From the NCBI GenBank assembly GCA_965233585.1, contig CBDDTI010000729.1:1-64000 (forward strand): a stretch of 64,000 bases of DNA. Direction: 5' to 3'. A model generated the notes under the pieces. It was not told where the DNA came from and did not search any database. It worked only from the letters and a program-made list of their open reading frames with translations. Below, piece by piece: positions 1 to 13,970 of this stretch. The stretch is from a bacterium. GTDB lineage: Bacteria > SAR324 > NAC60-12. Both the position numbers and the translations under genes were made by a program. Within the stretch, counting starts at the first letter, position 1. Each line of letters opens with the position of its first letter.

Positions 1-1
1 C

Positions 2-196
2 TTTAAACTCAAAACAAATCGTGCTGGGTCAAAACGATTCAGAATCTCTGCGAAAGGTAGAATTAAACGTAAAAAAGCTTTTTTGAGACATGGGATGAGA
101 AAGAGAACCCAGAATGTCAAGAGAGTATTGAGACAAAAAACATGTGTGAATAGTGTAGATGCTCCATCAGTTAGGGCGTTATTGCCAAACAGTTAG
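2..196 (+). CDS. rpmI: 50S ribosomal protein L35 (5' end outside window)
   Basis: Own translation of frame 2: FKLKTNRAGSKRFRISAKGRIKRKKAFLRH...RALLPNS*; immediately upstream of rplT. Confidence 0.93.
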   Translation, partial: FKLKTNRAGSKRFRISAKGRIKRKKAFLRHGMRKRTQNVKRVLRQKTCVNSVDAPSVRALLPNS

Positions 197-210
197 AATT
201 TAAACTCTTT

Positions 211-567
211 ATGTCCAGAATCAAAAGATCAGTTCATGCTCGTAAGCGTAAAAATGATTATCTCAAAGCGGCTAAAGGTTATCGTGGAGGAAGGAGTCGC
301 TTGATAAGAACAGTTAAGAATGCTGTGGACAGAGCCAGACAGTATTCTTATCGTGATCGTAAAGTCAGGAAGCGAGAATTTAGGAAGTTGTGGATTATTC
401 GTCTGAATGCAGCAGTGAGAAATTGTGACCTGACATACAGCCAGTTGATTCATGGTTTAAACCTTGCTAACATCCAAATCAACAGAAAAACTCTTGCTTA
501 TCTGGCTTTAAACGATGAGCAGTCTTTTAACTACATCATTGCTGAAGTTAAAAAATCACTTCAATAA
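211..567 (+). CDS. rplT: 50S ribosomal protein L20
   Basis: MSRIKRS...AKGYRG...YRDRKVRKREFRKLWIIRLNAA is the L20 signature; rpmI-rplT order. Confidence 0.98.
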   Translation: MSRIKRSVHARKRKNDYLKAAKGYRGGRSRLIRTVKNAVDRARQYSYRDRKVRKREFRKLWIIRLNAAVRNCDLTYSQLIHGLNLANIQINRKTLAYLALNDEQSFNYIIAEVKKSLQ

Positions 568-698
568 CGGCAAAGGTCTCACATTTTAATCAAGACGTTG
601 ATCTTCAGTCATATGCTTGATTTTTCCAAAAAGAGAATTTAGGAGATTCAAGGGAAATTACTATTGAAGGACATTTCTGTTTAGATTCTCTCAGTTTT

Positions 699-782
699 CT
701 GACTGCCTTCAGATTTCAGCGACTGTTCCACAACAGCCAAATCTCCAATTTCTTTCCTAAATCTTTCTATAATAGCTAATCC
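699..782 (-). pseudogene. Inverted fragment resembling the C-terminus of translation initiation factor IF-3
   Basis: Minus-strand translation GLAIIERFRKEIGDLAVVEQSLKSEGSQ aligns with the IF-3 C-terminal motif G..(V/I)L.R......LAVVE....K.EG.Q; no start codon context. Confidence 0.6.
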
Positions 783-823
783 CGCGTGGTTACTCTTCCT
801 TCTCTCACCCTCCAATCCAAAAA

Positions 824-907
824 TGCCGAGAGCCGGAATCGAACCGGCACGGGGTTACCCCCGCTGGATTTTGAATCCAGTGCGTCTACCAATTTCACCA
901 CCTCGGC
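824..907 (-). tRNA. tRNA-Leu(CAA), CCA not encoded
   Basis: Reverse complement GCCGAGGTGGTGAAATTGGTAGACGCA CTGGA TT CAA AA TCCAG, long variable arm, GGTTCGATTCC T-arm. Confidence 0.96.
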
Positions 908-919
908 ATGAATGAAGAT

Positions 920-1267
920 TTAAAACGGATTAATTATTATAGGCCAAGAAAAATTGTAAATCTTTTGAAATTCATCATTTGATGTGGTACCAGAACCACC
1001 TGAACTTGGCAGATTTGTATCTTTTCTGACAACCAAATCCTTTAAAAAAGGAATTTCATTATCTCCACAAAACCGCTTTATGTGTCCAAGATAACTTCCT
1101 AAAGTGGTATGAGGATCTAATTTTAAAGAGAATACTGGAGAATTAGGGGGATACTTTGAATGTACTGCACTAACTAACTCTCCGTAGGTTATGGTTGAAT
1201 TTAATGTGGCAACGTGAACCAATATGCCCCAGATATCATGACATATTAACCTTGTTTTAGGTTTCAT
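920..1267 (-). CDS. Hypothetical protein, small winged-helix-like domain (TITYGEL...LVVRKDT.LP)
   Basis: 115-aa ORF; pattern resembles a domain seen standalone or fused to HNH/restriction nucleases (recollection only). Confidence 0.55.
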   Translation of the reverse strand: MKPKTRLICHDIWGILVHVATLNSTITYGELVSAVHSKYPPNSPVFSLKLDPHTTLGSYLGHIKRFCGDNEIPFLKDLVVRKDTNLPSSGGSGTTSNDEFQKIYNFSWPIIINPF

Positions 1268-1278
1268 GAGAGTACATT

Positions 1279-1316
1279 CGTGTCGGGGTAGCGCTCTCCC
1301 CCTGAGCTACGCGCCT
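1279..1316 (-). pseudogene. 5' half of tRNA-Val(GAC), truncated after the anticodon loop
   Basis: Reverse complement AGGCGCG TA GCTC AGGGGGA GAGC G CTACC CC GAC AC G, after which the expected GTAG and T-arm are replaced by unrelated sequence. Confidence 0.8.
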
Positions 1317-1330
1317 GTTGAAAGAGAGGT

Positions 1331-1448
1331 CTGAGGTGTCACCCGACTCTTCCACTCATGGGATGAGCAGTACCATAGGGGATCAGGGTCTTGACTTCTG
1401 TGTTCGGAATGGGGACAGGTATGACCACCTGATTAAAGACACCTTCAG
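1331..1448 (-). rRNA. rrf: 5S rRNA
   Basis: Contains CCCATTCCGAACACAGAAGTCAAG and ATGGTACTGC; complementary ends; follows 23S. Ends approximate. Confidence 0.93.
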
Positions 1449-1475
1449 AAGAAAAAGAGAGGGAGATAGAGGGGA

Positions 1476-4452
<2,977 letters not shown>

Positions 4453-4541
4453 AATTAAACATTCTCCTGTGAATTCTCACAGTAGAATCTCCCTTTCTTT
4501 TCCTTCTACTTTAAAGATCAAAAATGCCTGTTCTTTAGCAG

Positions 4542-4617
4542 TGGTGGAGAATGGCGGGATTGAACCGCCGACCTCCTGCGTGCAAAGCAGGTGCTCTCCC
4601 AGCTGAGCTAATTCCCC
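4542..4617 (-). tRNA. tRNA-Ala(TGC)
   Basis: GGGGAATTAGCTCAGCTGGGAGAGCACCTGCTTTGCACGCAGG...CCA in the 16S-23S spacer. Confidence 0.97.
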
Positions 4618-4624
4618 TCAACTC

Positions 4625-4701
<77 letters not shown>

Positions 4702-4783
4702 TTATCTTTTTTCAGATGACATCAAGAGAAGACCGTGCGAAAGCACTAGAAGAAAGCCTCGACCTAGTACGACTTTTCAATCG

Positions 4784-6310
<1,527 letters not shown>

Positions 6311-6407
6311 ATTGATTGTTAGTTCCTAATTTACTTTATCACTTACTCAAAAGAACTCTCTCCGTGCTCCCGCACGGCCTTCTCTTCATTCGTCTATCCT
6401 AAATACC

Positions 6408-6500
6408 AAAGATCAAAGCAAACGAGCATTATGACAAAAACCCAAACACTATGTCAACTCTTTTTTTCTAAAAAAATCAAAATAAAATCAAAATAAACTC
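6408..6500 (-). promoter_or_regulatory. rRNA operon sigma70 promoter with UP-like A/T tracts and boxA-like element
   Basis: Minus strand TTGACA (6457-6452), 18-nt spacer, CATAAT (6433-6428); A/T tracts upstream; TGATCTTT near 6410 and repeated in the spacer near 4515. Confidence 0.65.
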
Positions 6501-6748
6501 CCCAACACACGAAGTCCCTCTGAATTAGTTTGCAATTTGGGGTAAAAATGTGAAAAATCAATTTAAGTTTTAGAAGACACCCCAAAAAATGATAGAATCA
6601 GCATTGTCATATTTAGGTTGGCATGTTAGATTCACATTTTGACCACTTGAATCAGGCACTACCGATTTTAAATTTACTTTTTGAACGGGTTTGAGCTACA
6701 ACAACAGACAAAAGACATTCAAAAGACATTTTGGAACATTTTAAAGCA

Positions 6749-7648
6749 ATGGAAAAATTAAGAGACGCAAGTTTTATAACGGCTATTAAAACACCATATT
6801 TAGAAAGTGGAAGTATTGACTTCCAAGCCTTTGACAATTTGGCAGAGCTTCAGATTGAGGCAGGGGTTGATGGTTTTGTGATTTCAGGGACAACGGGTGA
6901 AGGACACCTGATGAATTGGGAAGAGCATTTGTCTTTGATTGCTCATAGCGTGTATCAGTTTGGGTCACGTGTTGCCATCATCGGGAACACAGGTAGCAAC
7001 AATACGCGAGAGGCATGGCGTGCGACAAGCAAAGGGTTTGCTGTTGGCATGGTAGCGTCGTTACAAATCAACCCTTATTATGGGAAGACCTCAATGGCTG
7101 GACTTCATGCCCATTTTTCCAAAATTTTTGACTTGGGCCCATGTATCCTTTACAACGTCCCCGCACGAACCTACCAAGATATTGAGCCTTCTCTAGTTCA
7201 AGACCTTGCACGACACAAGAATTTTGTTGGAGTCAAGGAATGTGCAGGCAATGAAAGAATTGCACAACATAAAGAAGCAGGGATTTTGGCGTGGTCTGGG
7301 AATGATGATCAGTGTTTTGATGCCAAACATCGCTATGGCGCAGCGGGGGTCATTTCTGTCATGGGTAACCTCATTCCAGAGGCAGTGCGTCGGTTGATGG
7401 ATTCTACTGACCAGACTTTGCTTGAGTCTATCAAACCCTTAATCCAATGGCTTTATTGCGAGCCAAATCCGATTCCCTTGAGTACTGCATTAGCGATGGT
7501 TGACCTGATTAAGCCAGTCTTTCGTCTGCCTTATGTTCCATTGGACGAGGCAAAACGTCAACAAGGAGCGGAGCTTTTAAAAAATTTACAATATGTTTTA
7601 GGAGACACTGTGAATGTGTTGACTGACCAAGATTTTACTTTAATCTAG
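6749..7648 (+). CDS. dapA: 4-hydroxy-tetrahydrodipicolinate synthase (plant-type sequence)
   Basis: TAIKTPY, GTTGEG, NPYYGKTS, LYNVPART, GVKEC; start placed at ATG 6749. Confidence 0.92.
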   Translation: MEKLRDASFITAIKTPYLESGSIDFQAFDNLAELQIEAGVDGFVISGTTGEGHLMNWEEHLSLIAHSVYQFGSRVAIIGNTGSNNTREAWRATSKGFAVGMVASLQINPYYGKTSMAGLHAHFSKIFDLGPCILYNVPARTYQDIEPSLVQDLARHKNFVGVKECAGNERIAQHKEAGILAWSGNDDQCFDAKHRYGAAGVISVMGNLIPEAVRRLMDSTDQTLLESIKPLIQWLYCEPNPIPLSTALAMVDLIKPVFRLPYVPLDEAKRQQGAELLKNLQYVLGDTVNVLTDQDFTLI

Positions 7649-7655
7649 CTTTGAC

Positions 7656-8873
7656 ATGCCTGAACATTTATCAAAAATTGTTCATAGCTTGTTACCTCCT
7701 GCCAATGATGAGTTTGACCAAGAACAAAGGTACTACGTCATTGTTGCAATTTGTGTGTATGGATTTAGTTTTACCTTACACCTCTTGTTTGCCTTTGTTT
7801 TTTATCACTTTTTGGTCTTCTCTCTTTTCTGGTTCAACCTTTTCAGTACTTTTCTTTTTGCAACCCTCCTCTTTTTAAGTTCTAAAGGCTGGCATAATAT
7901 CTGTGCTGCTTTTTCTATTTTTGAAGTGACACTACATGCCATCTTTGCTTCCTACATTTTGGGGTGGGAGGCTGGGTTTCACTACTACATTTTGATTCTA
8001 AGTTTAGCACCAATGATGAGTCCATGGATGAGCTTCCCTACACGTCTATCACTTGTGGTCAGTTGTGGGATTTTCTATGCGGTCATGTGGTTTTTCTTCC
8101 TAGAACACGAGGCATATAACCTGATAATGGCATCAAAAATTAGCAAGCCTTTTGGTTTTTTAAACATCATGTTAGTTGCATTTTCTGGAGGATTCATTGT
8201 GTTTTTGTATCGTCATGCTCTTTCAAATATGCAAAATGACCTGAAACTACAAAAACAACGAGTAGATGACCTGTTGCATAACGTCCTACCTATCGGGGTA
8301 GCTATTCGCCTAAAACAAGGAGAAGAAAACATCTCTGACCATATTGACAGTGCCACTGTTTTATTTGCTGACATTGAAGGGTTTACCAAATTTTCCAGCA
8401 ACGTCACTTCTCGCAACCTTGTGATATTGCTAAATCAGGTGTTTTCTATCTTTGACAGATTGACAGAAAAGCATCATGTGGAAAAAATCAAGACGTTAGG
8501 AGATGGCTACATGGTCGTTTCAGGACTCCAAAATGAAGGGACTCTTCACGCACAAAAAGCCTTTGATTTTGCACATGAGATGACACGAGAGTTTCAAACT
8601 TGGAAAATAGAGCAAGGATTGACATTTGGTTTGAGGGTGGGTCTGCACTCGGGGGCAATTACGGCAGGTGTGATTGGTACAAAAAAATTTATTTATGATG
8701 TTTGGGGAGACACTGTCAACACTGCTCAACGCATGGAATCTCATGGCATTGATGGGCATATTCACATGTCTGATGAGACTTATCAGCTTTTGCAAAATCC
8801 CCATAGCATGCAACCGCAAACGATTGATGTCAAAGGCAAAGGCACTATCAAATCATGGTTGTTTCAAGTTTAA
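7656..8873 (+). CDS. Membrane-bound class III adenylate cyclase
   Basis: N-terminal TM helices; VLFADIEGFT, KIKTLGDGYM, YDVWGDTVNTAQRMES with Lys/Asp adenine-specifying residues. Confidence 0.9.
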   Translation: MPEHLSKIVHSLLPPANDEFDQEQRYYVIVAICVYGFSFTLHLLFAFVFYHFLVFSLFWFNLFSTFLFATLLFLSSKGWHNICAAFSIFEVTLHAIFASYILGWEAGFHYYILILSLAPMMSPWMSFPTRLSLVVSCGIFYAVMWFFFLEHEAYNLIMASKISKPFGFLNIMLVAFSGGFIVFLYRHALSNMQNDLKLQKQRVDDLLHNVLPIGVAIRLKQGEENISDHIDSATVLFADIEGFTKFSSNVTSRNLVILLNQVFSIFDRLTEKHHVEKIKTLGDGYMVVSGLQNEGTLHAQKAFDFAHEMTREFQTWKIEQGLTFGLRVGLHSGAITAGVIGTKKFIYDVWGDTVNTAQRMESHGIDGHIHMSDETYQLLQNPHSMQPQTIDVKGKGTIKSWLFQV

Positions 8874-8898
8874 CCTTTTATTGACTGGCAAAAAATTG

Positions 8899-9987
8899 AT
8901 GTCCCAAAGAATTTATAACTTTAATGCTGGACCTGCAGCTATCCCTGAACCTGTTCTGCTTCAAGTGAAAGAGGAGTTATTGAACTATCAGGGAACAGGG
9001 CTTTCAATCATTGAAGAAAGTCATCGCTCGCCACACTTTTTAGACATTTTGAAAAGTCTGAAGACACGTGTTAGGCGTCTAATGGATTTACCCCAACATT
9101 TTGAAGTTTTACTGATGCACGGAGGCGCTGCGATGCAGTGGTCTGCATTGCCTTTGAATTTTTTGGAACAAGGAAAGCAGGCACTTTATTATGATTCAGG
9201 ATTGTTTGCAAATAAAGCCATTCAAACTGCCAAGACATACGGTCAGGTCAACGTGATTGCATCAAGTCAGAGTTCTGGATACGACCATATTCCAGTTTTT
9301 GAAAAAACGATGCTGAAACAAGATGCAGCATATTTTCATATCACCAGCAACAACACTGCCTATGGCACAGCATGGCAACAACTTCCTGACACTGAAAACA
9401 TTCCACTTGTCATTGACGCCACATCAGACATTTTTTCAAAAAAAATAGACTTCTCAAAAGCCGCTTTGGTGTATGCTTCGTTTCAAAAAAATTTAGGACC
9501 ATCGGGTTTGGCACTGGTGATAATTCGCAAAGATTTGCTTCAAGATTCTGCACAACTCACCCCTCCACTTTTGAATTATCAGCATGTGGCACAAACAAAC
9601 TCTTTGCCTAACACAACCAACACATTTGCCATTTATGTTGCCGACCTCATTTTAGAGTGGCTAGAAACACAGGGCGGAATCTCTGCAATAGAGACCTTGA
9701 ATCACCAAAAAGCAAAACTTCTTTACGATGTGCTAGACAATAGCAACCTCTACCAACCCTTTGCACAAAAACAAGACCGCTCTGTGATGAATGTTTGCTT
9801 CCATTTACCCAATCAAGACCTTCTTGCAAAATTTTTAAAAGAAGCAGAAGACAACCGCTTACATGGACTGCAAGGGCATCGTTCTGCTGGTGGGGCTAGA
9901 GCCTCTATTTACAATGCAACGTCTCTTGAAGCCGTTCAGGCTTTGGCAAAATTGATGATAGAGTTTGAAAAAATTCAAAATTTGTAA
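8899..9987 (+). CDS. serC: Phosphoserine aminotransferase
   Basis: YNFNAGPA, SHRS, QKNLGPSG, GHRSAGGARASIYNA; true start ATG 8899 rather than the ORF-track start. Confidence 0.95.
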   Translation: MSQRIYNFNAGPAAIPEPVLLQVKEELLNYQGTGLSIIEESHRSPHFLDILKSLKTRVRRLMDLPQHFEVLLMHGGAAMQWSALPLNFLEQGKQALYYDSGLFANKAIQTAKTYGQVNVIASSQSSGYDHIPVFEKTMLKQDAAYFHITSNNTAYGTAWQQLPDTENIPLVIDATSDIFSKKIDFSKAALVYASFQKNLGPSGLALVIIRKDLLQDSAQLTPPLLNYQHVAQTNSLPNTTNTFAIYVADLILEWLETQGGISAIETLNHQKAKLLYDVLDNSNLYQPFAQKQDRSVMNVCFHLPNQDLLAKFLKEAEDNRLHGLQGHRSAGGARASIYNATSLEAVQALAKLMIEFEKIQNL

Positions 9988-10114
9988 TAATCTAACCCCT
10001 TTCGTCAGAGTCAGAGAGTTTGAAAGCAGAATTTTGCTAGCGATTTTGAACAGTGACCACTGACTTAAAAGCGATGAATTAAAGATTTGTCATTGACGAG
10101 AATGAATTATAAAA

Positions 10115-10750
10115 GTGAATGAAATAAAAATGTTAGAACAACTTAAAGCGGGAAATCAAAAGTTCGTCAATGTTTATTTTAAAGAAAACATCGCCACTTT
10201 TGAAAGGTTAGCCAAAGGGCAAAGTCCACAAGCCTTGTTCATCACCTGTTCCGATTCTCGCTTCTCTCCTAACCTCATCACTGACTGCCAACCGGGGGAA
10301 CTTTTCGTTGTTCGCAATGTTGGGAATTTTGTCCCTCCGTTTCAGCCTGACCAAAAACTTGAATGTGTGGCAACAGCCATAGAGTTTGCGGTTGAGGTTT
10401 TACAAGTTAAACATATTTTTGTCTGTGGACACTCTCAATGCGGGGCATGCGAGTCATTGTATAAAGATTTTGGAAGCTCAGAGTTGGGCTATATTCCTGA
10501 ATGGTTAACGTTCGGCATGGAGGCAAAAAAGCGAGTCTTGCAACAGCTCAAACTGAATTTAGCAAAGGGAGAGCTACCTGACAGACCAGTTTTAGAACAG
10601 ACAGAGAAAACTTCTGTGTTGTTGCAAAAAAGCCGACTGCTGACATATCCTTTTGTGAAGAAACAAGTTGAACAAGGAGCATTGCAATTACACGCACTCT
10701 ACTATCGCATAGAGACAGGATTGCTGGAAGAAGTCCCTGATTCTTCATAA
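10115..10750 (+). CDS. can: Beta-class carbonic anhydrase
   Basis: GQSP, CSDSR, GELFVVRNVGN, CGHSQCGA zinc ligands. Confidence 0.93.
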   Translation: MNEIKMLEQLKAGNQKFVNVYFKENIATFERLAKGQSPQALFITCSDSRFSPNLITDCQPGELFVVRNVGNFVPPFQPDQKLECVATAIEFAVEVLQVKHIFVCGHSQCGACESLYKDFGSSELGYIPEWLTFGMEAKKRVLQQLKLNLAKGELPDRPVLEQTEKTSVLLQKSRLLTYPFVKKQVEQGALQLHALYYRIETGLLEEVPDSS

Positions 10751-10842
10751 ACAACATGAAATGCAAAACGAATTTTCCGAATCAAAAATGCTTGAAATTG
10801 TCAAACTGATTCTTAAATAATAACTCCAAATCTCAGTCCATT

Positions 10843-12015
10843 ATGAAAATACATGAATACCAAGCCAAGCAAATCTTGGCAAAATATGGTGCATCTGTTC
10901 CAAAGGGGAAGTCCACAGATTCTGCATCAGACGCAAAAACCATCATGGAGGAACTTGGCACGGCATCTTGTGTTGTCAAGGCTCAAATCCATGCAGGAGG
11001 TCGTGGCAAAGGTGGGGGCGTCAAGCTGGCTCATAGTCTGGAAGAAGCACAGCAACATGCTCAAAGCATTTTAGGCATGCAGCTCATTACGCATCAAACA
11101 GGGGCTGAGGGGCAAAAGGTCAAGCAAATCTTGATTGAAGAAGGTATGGAGATTGCCAAAGAACTTTACTGCTCTCTTCTTGTAGACCGTGGCTCTAAGT
11201 CTATTGTATTTCTTGCCTCAACTGAAGGTGGAATGGATATTGAGGAAGTTGCCGCAAAAACGCCAGAAAAAATCACAAAAATCAATATAGACCCCTTGAC
11301 AGGCTTCAAAGGTTATCAAGCGACAAGGCTAGCTTATGCTTTGAAACTTGATGAAATTGACCCCAAATTGATTCGCTCTGCTGCAAAGTTGTTTCAAGCA
11401 TTGTATCAATGCTTTGTGAGTGAAGACTGCTCACTTCTTGAAATCAACCCATTAACTGTAACCAAAGATGGACGGATTCTTGCCCTTGATGCCAAGATGA
11501 TATTTGATGACAATGCTTTATTTCGGCACAAAGATTTGTTAGAACTCCGTGATGAAGATGAAGAAGACGCTTTGGAGATTCAGGCAAGCGAGGCAGACCT
11601 TAATTACATCAAACTTGATGGGACAATCGGTTGCATGGTCAATGGTGCAGGCTTGGCGATGGGAACGATGGATTTGATTAAACTTTACGGGGCAGAGCCT
11701 GCAAACTTCCTTGACGTTGGGGGGACTGCAACCAAAGAACGAGTCACCAAAGCCTTTGAAATCATTACGTCAGACCCTAAAGTCAAAGCGATTTTAATCA
11801 ATATTTTTGGTGGAATTGTGCAATGTGATGTGGTCGCTTCTGGTGTAGTAGAGGCATTTAAAGCAGTCAATTTGTCTGTTCCTGTGGTGGTAAGATTGCA
11901 AGGTTCAAATGCAGAAAAAGCCCGTGAAATTATCAATTCTTCTGGCTTGGGTGAACGTCTGCAAATGATTTCAGATTTAAAAACAGCGGCACAAACAGCC
12001 GTCAAGTCCATTTAA
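10843..12015 (+). CDS. sucC: Succinyl-CoA ligase beta subunit
   Basis: [40 protein letters not shown]. Confidence 0.97.
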   Translation: MKIHEYQAKQILAKYGASVPKGKSTDSASDAKTIMEELGTASCVVKAQIHAGGRGKGGGVKLAHSLEEAQQHAQSILGMQLITHQTGAEGQKVKQILIEEGMEIAKELYCSLLVDRGSKSIVFLASTEGGMDIEEVAAKTPEKITKINIDPLTGFKGYQATRLAYALKLDEIDPKLIRSAAKLFQALYQCFVSEDCSLLEINPLTVTKDGRILALDAKMIFDDNALFRHKDLLELRDEDEEDALEIQASEADLNYIKLDGTIGCMVNGAGLAMGTMDLIKLYGAEPANFLDVGGTATKERVTKAFEIITSDPKVKAILINIFGGIVQCDVVASGVVEAFKAVNLSVPVVVRLQGSNAEKAREIINSSGLGERLQMISDLKTAAQTAVKSI

Positions 12016-12044
12016 TTTATTAATCCATATTCAAGAAGAAAAAG

Positions 12045-12917
12045 ATGTCTGTTTTAGTTGATCAAAATACACGCGTTTTAGTTCAAGGCATAACGGGTTC
12101 ACAAGGAAGCCTCCATGCCAGAGAATGCAAGGCTTATGGAACAAAGGTTGTTGCAGGAGTGACCCCAGGCAAAGGTGGTCAGCTTGCTGAAGGTGTGCCT
12201 GTCTTCAACACTGTTCAAGATGCAGTTGAAGACACAAGAGCCAATGCTACTTTGATTTTTGTCCCTCCTCCTTTTGCCGCTGATGCCATCATGGAAGCAG
12301 CTGAGGCAAAAATCCCTCTCATTGTTGCCATCACGGAGGGCATACCTGTCATTGACATGGTGACAGCCACTCGTTATGTGAAAGATCAAGGTTGCACCTT
12401 GATTGGTCCAAACTGTCCGGGAATTATCACGCCAGAGCAGTGTAAAATGGGAATCATGCCCGGTTCCATTCACAAAGCAGGTTGCATTGGAGTCGTGTCT
12501 CGTTCTGGAACATTGACTTATGAAGCAGTGGCACAAATCACAGAAGCTGGACTTGGTCAAAGTACTTGCATTGGAATTGGAGGAGACCCCGTCAATGGTA
12601 TGAACTTCATTGATGCCTTAACTTTGTTTGAAGCAGATGCACAAACCGAAGGGATTGTGATGATTGGTGAAATTGGAGGAGACGCAGAAGAACAAGCCGC
12701 TTATTTTGCTAAAGAAAAAGTTACTAAGCCGATTGTGAGCTTTATTGCAGGACGCACCGCACCACCGGGAAAACGCATGGGGCATGCAGGAGCGATTATT
12801 TCTGGAGGTTCTGGGACTGCACAAGATAAAAGCCGTGTCCTCACGGAATGCGGAATCCATGTTGTAGAAAACCTTGTTGACATGGGGTCAAAAATGAAGT
12901 CTGTACTCGGTCGTTAA
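12045..12917 (+). CDS. sucD: Succinyl-CoA ligase alpha subunit
   Basis: [29 protein letters not shown] phospho-His. Confidence 0.97.
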   Translation: MSVLVDQNTRVLVQGITGSQGSLHARECKAYGTKVVAGVTPGKGGQLAEGVPVFNTVQDAVEDTRANATLIFVPPPFAADAIMEAAEAKIPLIVAITEGIPVIDMVTATRYVKDQGCTLIGPNCPGIITPEQCKMGIMPGSIHKAGCIGVVSRSGTLTYEAVAQITEAGLGQSTCIGIGGDPVNGMNFIDALTLFEADAQTEGIVMIGEIGGDAEEQAAYFAKEKVTKPIVSFIAGRTAPPGKRMGHAGAIISGGSGTAQDKSRVLTECGIHVVENLVDMGSKMKSVLGR

Positions 12918-12950
12918 TTCCAATCACTCCACCTAGTTTCTCCATTTCTT

Positions 12951-13970
12951 ATGAAAGAACAACTCACGCACATTCATCAGAAAGCACTCCAAGAACTTCA
13001 TCAAACTGAATCACTTGAGGTGTTGGCACAATGGAGGCAGAAGTTTTTATCTAAAAAAGGAGAATTTTCTGTCGTGCTCAAGGGAGTTGGAAAGCTTTCG
13101 GCACAGGAACGTCCTTTGATGGGACAACTTGCCAATCAGTTGAAACAAGATTTGGAGAAGTCCTTTACAGAAAAGCGGGATTTTCTGGAAGAACAAGACC
13201 TTGAGAAACTTCTTGTACAAGAAGCGATAGATGTTTCTCTTCCCGGTCGCACCAGAAGACGGGGACGGTTGCATCTTTGTACGCAAATGCTTCGTCAAAT
13301 TTATCAAATCTTTGCAGAGATGGGATTCCAACTTTACGAATCGCCAGAAATTGAAAGTGATGAGTATAATTTTCAGTTGCTCAACATTCCTGAATATCAC
13401 CCTGCACGAGACATGTGGGATACGTTTTGGTTGAAAAATAACCTTGTATTGAGAACTCATACGTCACCCGGTCAAATTAGAGTGATGCGTGACTATTATC
13501 CCAATCCAATTCGTGTGATTTTACCGGGGAAGGTGTACCGTTATGAAAACATCACTTCACGTTCAGAACATCAATTTTATCAAGTGGAAGGTCTGGCGAT
13601 TGGGAAAAAGATTAGCATGACTGATTTGGTGGGTGTGATGCAAGAAGCCTCAAAAAAAATATATGGAAGCGACCGTCAAGTGCGAATTAGGGGCAGTTAC
13701 TTCCCCTTTACAGAGCCAAGCATTGAAATTGACATTAGTTGTTTTTGTGATGGTGCAGGTTGCAGGATTTGTAAAAAGACAGGCTGGCTTGAGGTAGGAG
13801 GTGCAGGTATGACACACCCAGCAGTTTTGAAAAATGGGGGCTATGACCCAAAAACATGGAATGCCTTTGCCTTTGGAATGGGAGTGGAACGACCGGCTAT
13901 GCTTAAATATCACATTCCAGATATTCGTTATTTTTATAGCAACCACCCTCACTTTTTGAAGCAGTTTTGA
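12951..13970 (+). CDS. pheS: Phenylalanyl-tRNA synthetase alpha subunit
   Basis: HPARDMWDTF, LRTHTSPGQ, FYQVEGL, YFPFTEPS, FAFGMGVER. Confidence 0.97.
   Translation: MKEQLTHIHQKALQELHQTESLEVLAQWRQKFLSKKGEFSVVLKGVGKLSAQERPLMGQLANQLKQDLEKSFTEKRDFLEEQDLEKLLVQEAIDVSLPGRTRRRGRLHLCTQMLRQIYQIFAEMGFQLYESPEIESDEYNFQLLNIPEYHPARDMWDTFWLKNNLVLRTHTSPGQIRVMRDYYPNPIRVILPGKVYRYENITSRSEHQFYQVEGLAIGKKISMTDLVGVMQEASKKIYGSDRQVRIRGSYFPFTEPSIEIDISCFCDGAGCRICKKTGWLEVGGAGMTHPAVLKNGGYDPKTWNAFAFGMGVERPAMLKYHIPDIRYFYSNHPHFLKQF

Noticed and set aside
8674..8898. N-terminal extension of SerC in the ORF track
   Set aside because: Overlaps the cyclase gene; homology starts at ATG 8899
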